From: Podospora anserina
Taxonomy: Eukaryota
NCBI GenBank assembly: GCA_017654855.1
Contig: CM030334.1
Coordinates: forward strand, 2,604,001-2,668,000
Direction: 5' to 3'
Length of the DNA: 64,000 bases
Made by a program: the position numbers and the translations under genes. Each line of letters starts with the position of its first letter. Positions within the stretch are counted from its first letter, which is position 1. The notes beneath the pieces are model-generated. The model was not told the origin of the DNA, searched no databases, and worked only from the letters and a program-made list of their open reading frames with translations. This document shows positions 60,737-64,000 of the stretch, one piece after another.

Positions 60737-62036
60737 CTAATACTGTCCAGGATAGCCACCACCCTGAGAATACTGGTGTCCTCCATACGGTGGCTGCTGG
60801 CCGTAACCTCCTCCCTGTGGTGGTGGTGCGCCATACGATGGCTGACCATATGAGCTCGCAGCCCCCGCTCCATAGTGTGGCTGGCCGTAGGATGGCTGAC
60901 TTGGTGGGGGTGCATAGCTGGGCTGGCCGCTGGGCGAACCGTAAGAGTGTTGGCCGCCGTAGCTTTGACTGTGCGCTTGACCATGGCCGGGTCCGGCGCC
61001 ATAAGAAGAGGACTGGTAGCCGCCGCCAGAAGACTGCTGTCCGTATGGTGCGGTGTGGGACTGGCTAGACTGCCCGTAAGACTGACTTGAGCCTTGATGG
61101 TGTGTTTGTGAGCTTGACTGGTAGGATGAAGATGAGCCACCGCCGTGGACCGAGGTCGAGGATCCTGGCTGCGAGGGAGGTTGGTATGATGTGGGAGGGG
61201 CCGAACCGCTGTAGGTCGTGGCACCCGAGTTGGAGTATCCAAAGTTGTTGCCCTGTGAGTCAATTAGCTGCCGCTCGAGACATCTCAGCATCCAGACCAA
61301 CATACCGAGCTCTGCTTGTTGCCAAAGAGACCAGCAACACCTCCGATCACCCCTCCAAGACCTCCAGCACCGTGTCCGGACGACGACTGACCGCTGAAGT
61401 TGTTCGAGGGCGAAGACGAAGGCTTGCTTCCAGAGGAGAATATGCCAGACACGAGCTGGGACGCGACCTTGCCACCGAGCCCGCCGCTGCCGCCGCCGCC
61501 TCCGGAGCTGCCACCCGCCAGTCCGCTGAGAACAGCACCAGCAAGCCCACCTCCTCCACTGCTGCCACCGCCCTGCTTTCCGCCGCTGATCGTGTTCAAG
61601 AGGAAAGACTATCCACCAACGAAAGCAAACATTAGCAAGTCGTTCTTGGCCCTTCCACAAAAGATCCTCTGCCCGCTAAACTTACACCAAGGCCCCTGTC
61701 GCTCTGTCCTCCACCGCCGACACCTCGTGTGCCATCCTCTCTCGGGTTCACCGGCTCGAGACGTCCGTCGGGGTATCTAGCTGTCTGGGAGCCGTCGGGG
61801 TGCGTCACGATTTCGGCGCTAGGGTGAGGTACGCCGTAGGGGTGATCGGAGCGGGCAGCGGGAGTGTTGCCAAAGGGAACGGGCTCGGTCGGGAGATCCC
61901 ATTGCGAGACTCCAGTCGAGAGCTGCACATAGTAGTACTTCTTGCTGGCAGCATCCCATTGGGCAATCCAGCCCGAGGGGAGAGGAGGCGGCGCATAGGT
62001 TGGCCCGTCGCTGCCGGGGGATCCGGGGCCTGCCAT
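60737..62036 (-). CDS. WW-domain protein (Wwm1-like) with Gly-rich and S/Y/G/Q/P low-complexity tail (~389 aa)
   Basis: Exons 62036-61686, 61608-61306 and 61252-60737. WW domain LPSGWIAQWDAASKKYYYVQLSTGVSQWDLP. Confidence 0.85.
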
Positions 62037-63666
62037 GTCTGGAAGGGGCGTGAGAAAGAAACTCTTCGATCTGCTGGAGCTACGAGAATTGGGTTCTGGT
62101 GTTGTGTTTCGGCGTTTGCCTCGTCAATCGCGCGCAAATAATGGAGGGGTTGGTTGAGGGTGGAAGGTTAGGTGCTCGGTCGTTGAGAGCAAGATTTCGC
62201 AGGAAAAGTGTGTGGGTGTGAGAAAGTAAAAAGCTAAAACTCGTGAGGAAATCAACCCTCGAGGTCTGTGTTGCCTGACAATCAAGGGTGCAAGTGGTCG
62301 AACGGATTTTGGAGGAGGGAAAAAGAACCAAGCAAGCAAGCTGAGCTGAGTGAGAATGCTGAGTGGGAGATGCGCAGCGGGGCAGATGCGACCGCTCGCT
62401 CTATCTAGCTTGCGCTTGCGCAGGGCGTTTAATGGAGGGGGAGGGGGGCGGGGCAACGCAACCTTGACTTCGCCCAAACAACGTCTTGATTTTTGTTGCT
62501 GACGACTGTGACGACGGCCGAGAAGGGGGCGATCATCACCACCATACATACATATATAAAAATCCCAGAGAAGGGTCGGAAGGAAGTAGTGTGCAGAGGG
62601 AGCCAGCCGTTTCCACCACCGGGCATTATCATTGTACCGTAGCTAGCCTCTTCTCAGCTCAATGAGAAGGCCTTGCGAATTCCGTCATCTTCAACAACAA
62701 CCGCAGAGGTGACCCAAACAACAGGATGTCTTTTTGACAATGCCACCGATAAAATCCAGACGAGGTCGGCTTCTGGAGAATGCCATCGAAAGCTGATAAC
62801 TTCCAGCACTCACGCTCACTACTACCCACCTCACCACTGAGTGATTACCTACCTCTCAACAACCACAAATTCCAAAGCATGGCCTCTTCCTCAACTACCG
62901 TCATCCTCCAATTTTCCTTTTCATTTTTCACAATGAAATCTCCAGCTCACCACCAAATCCCCTGAACCACCTCAGCCACAACGAATGGCGCGTCCCCTCA
63001 ACAAGGGCGCAAAACTCCGGGAGGCAGCCAACACCAATCCTCACTTTACTTCCCCACACATTGCATCTACCTTCCTTCGAACTTAAATCACAATTCTATC
63101 CATAAAACATCAATCGACTTTCCCTTTTAATACCTCAAAGCAACCCTCTACCGTTTCAATATTGACGCCACAATTTGCTGCACGCTTCTGCATCTGACTT
63201 ACCTAAACTACCTGTCGAGAATGAACTATTAGGTTGTTTCTATTCTTAACTCACCCCATGGAACCTAGAAAAGATTACCTGAGTCAAATGCAAAAGCAAC
63301 TAAATGTCAAGTAAAATCTGTAAAAGAGAGCACTCGAATCAAATTGTGAACACGCCAGAACCTCACATAGACACTTGCATGTATCACAGACCAGTAGCAA
63401 TCTAGCGAAACAATGCTCGTTCGAATGCTGTTAAGTGCCAATCGTGCTCCGTCAAAGGTACCTAGTAATGATAAACCATCCACCTAGGTACTTCTAGTCC
63501 GCCGCATCTCTCTAGCTCATGTGCTCTGCTCAATACTCCAACCCCAAAACTCCTGCTAAAACGACTCCTCCCATCGGTGTTGAACCTCATCTTCAAATCT
63601 TCGCAATACTCTCTCTAAAACCTTCTAAACATATTCCCATCGACATCTATTCCAAACAACTACCTC

Positions 63667-64000
63667 TCAAGAACTATACCCAATATCCCCTCCTCCAAAC
63701 CCATTCCCATTCCCATTCCCGTTCAACACCTGCTTCCCAACCCCCTCCCTCACCTCCTCAACCCTATCCTCAACCCCATTCTTCTTCCCCTTGCCCTCAC
63801 CCCCCCCATCCTGCGTCAGTAATCCCCGTCTAATAGCCAGCACACTATCAACAATAACAGCATCCACCCCCTCCCTAACCTGCCTCCTCACCAACCCCGG
63901 CTCGTTATTCTCCCTCCCATAACTAACACAAACCAACCCCGCCCCCTTCACCACCCTCACCAACCTCGGACTATTCACAAACGGCTCCGCATTGCTCACA
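63667..64000 (-). CDS. GDE1: 3' end of a Gde1-like glycerophosphodiester phosphodiesterase (partial)
   Basis: C-terminal GDPD motifs PRLVRVVKGAGLVCVSYG..NN and GVDAVIVDSVLAIR. The gene continues past the right edge. Confidence 0.85.
   Translation of the reverse strand, partial: VSNAEPFVNSPRLVRVVKGAGLVCVSYGRENNEPGLVRRQVREGVDAVIVDSVLAIRRGLLTQDGGGEGKGKKNGVEDRVEEVREGVGKQVLNGNGNGNGFGGGDIGYSS

Overview
Gene-dense, intron-containing euchromatic DNA from a filamentous ascomycete (Sordariales). It is very probably Podospora anserina or a sibling species, because the two-exon gene at 33107-35304 gives a 702-aa UCS protein beginning MATVAEAAAAAPEPLGRLDQ, as I recall for P. anserina CRO1. I can assemble 18 complete protein genes (every spliced model I built sums to a whole number of codons), one 3'-partial gene and one tRNA. 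The proteins are a pseudokinase, RGP1, an ADAM protease, acetyl-CoA synthetase, a kinesin-4-like motor, EME1/MMS4, CRO1, TFB4, CZIB/DUF866, a mitochondrial PPR-like protein, a secreted Thr-rich wall protein, GGT, alcohol dehydrogenase, ARP3, taspase, a peroxisomal ABCD half-transporter, PGA1 and a WW protein, plus partial GDE1; the tRNA is tRNA-Trp(CCA). I see no intact transposon, CRISPR array or secondary-metabolite cluster. The best unexplained signal is a ~65-nt Pol III trailer directly behind the intronless tRNA-Trp, which folds into a hairpin with a canonical box C/D-type kink-turn (candidate dicistronic tRNA-ncRNA). Other leads are a switch-like RNA structure in an ACS intron between two microexons, an in-frame presequence-like extension of ACS, a 21-bp-period element present twice 22 kb apart, a hidden multi-intron orphan gene or relic at 28.5-29.4 kb, and a GNRA-capped 3'UTR structure. 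All calls come from reading the sequence by eye; no searches or folding programs were run.
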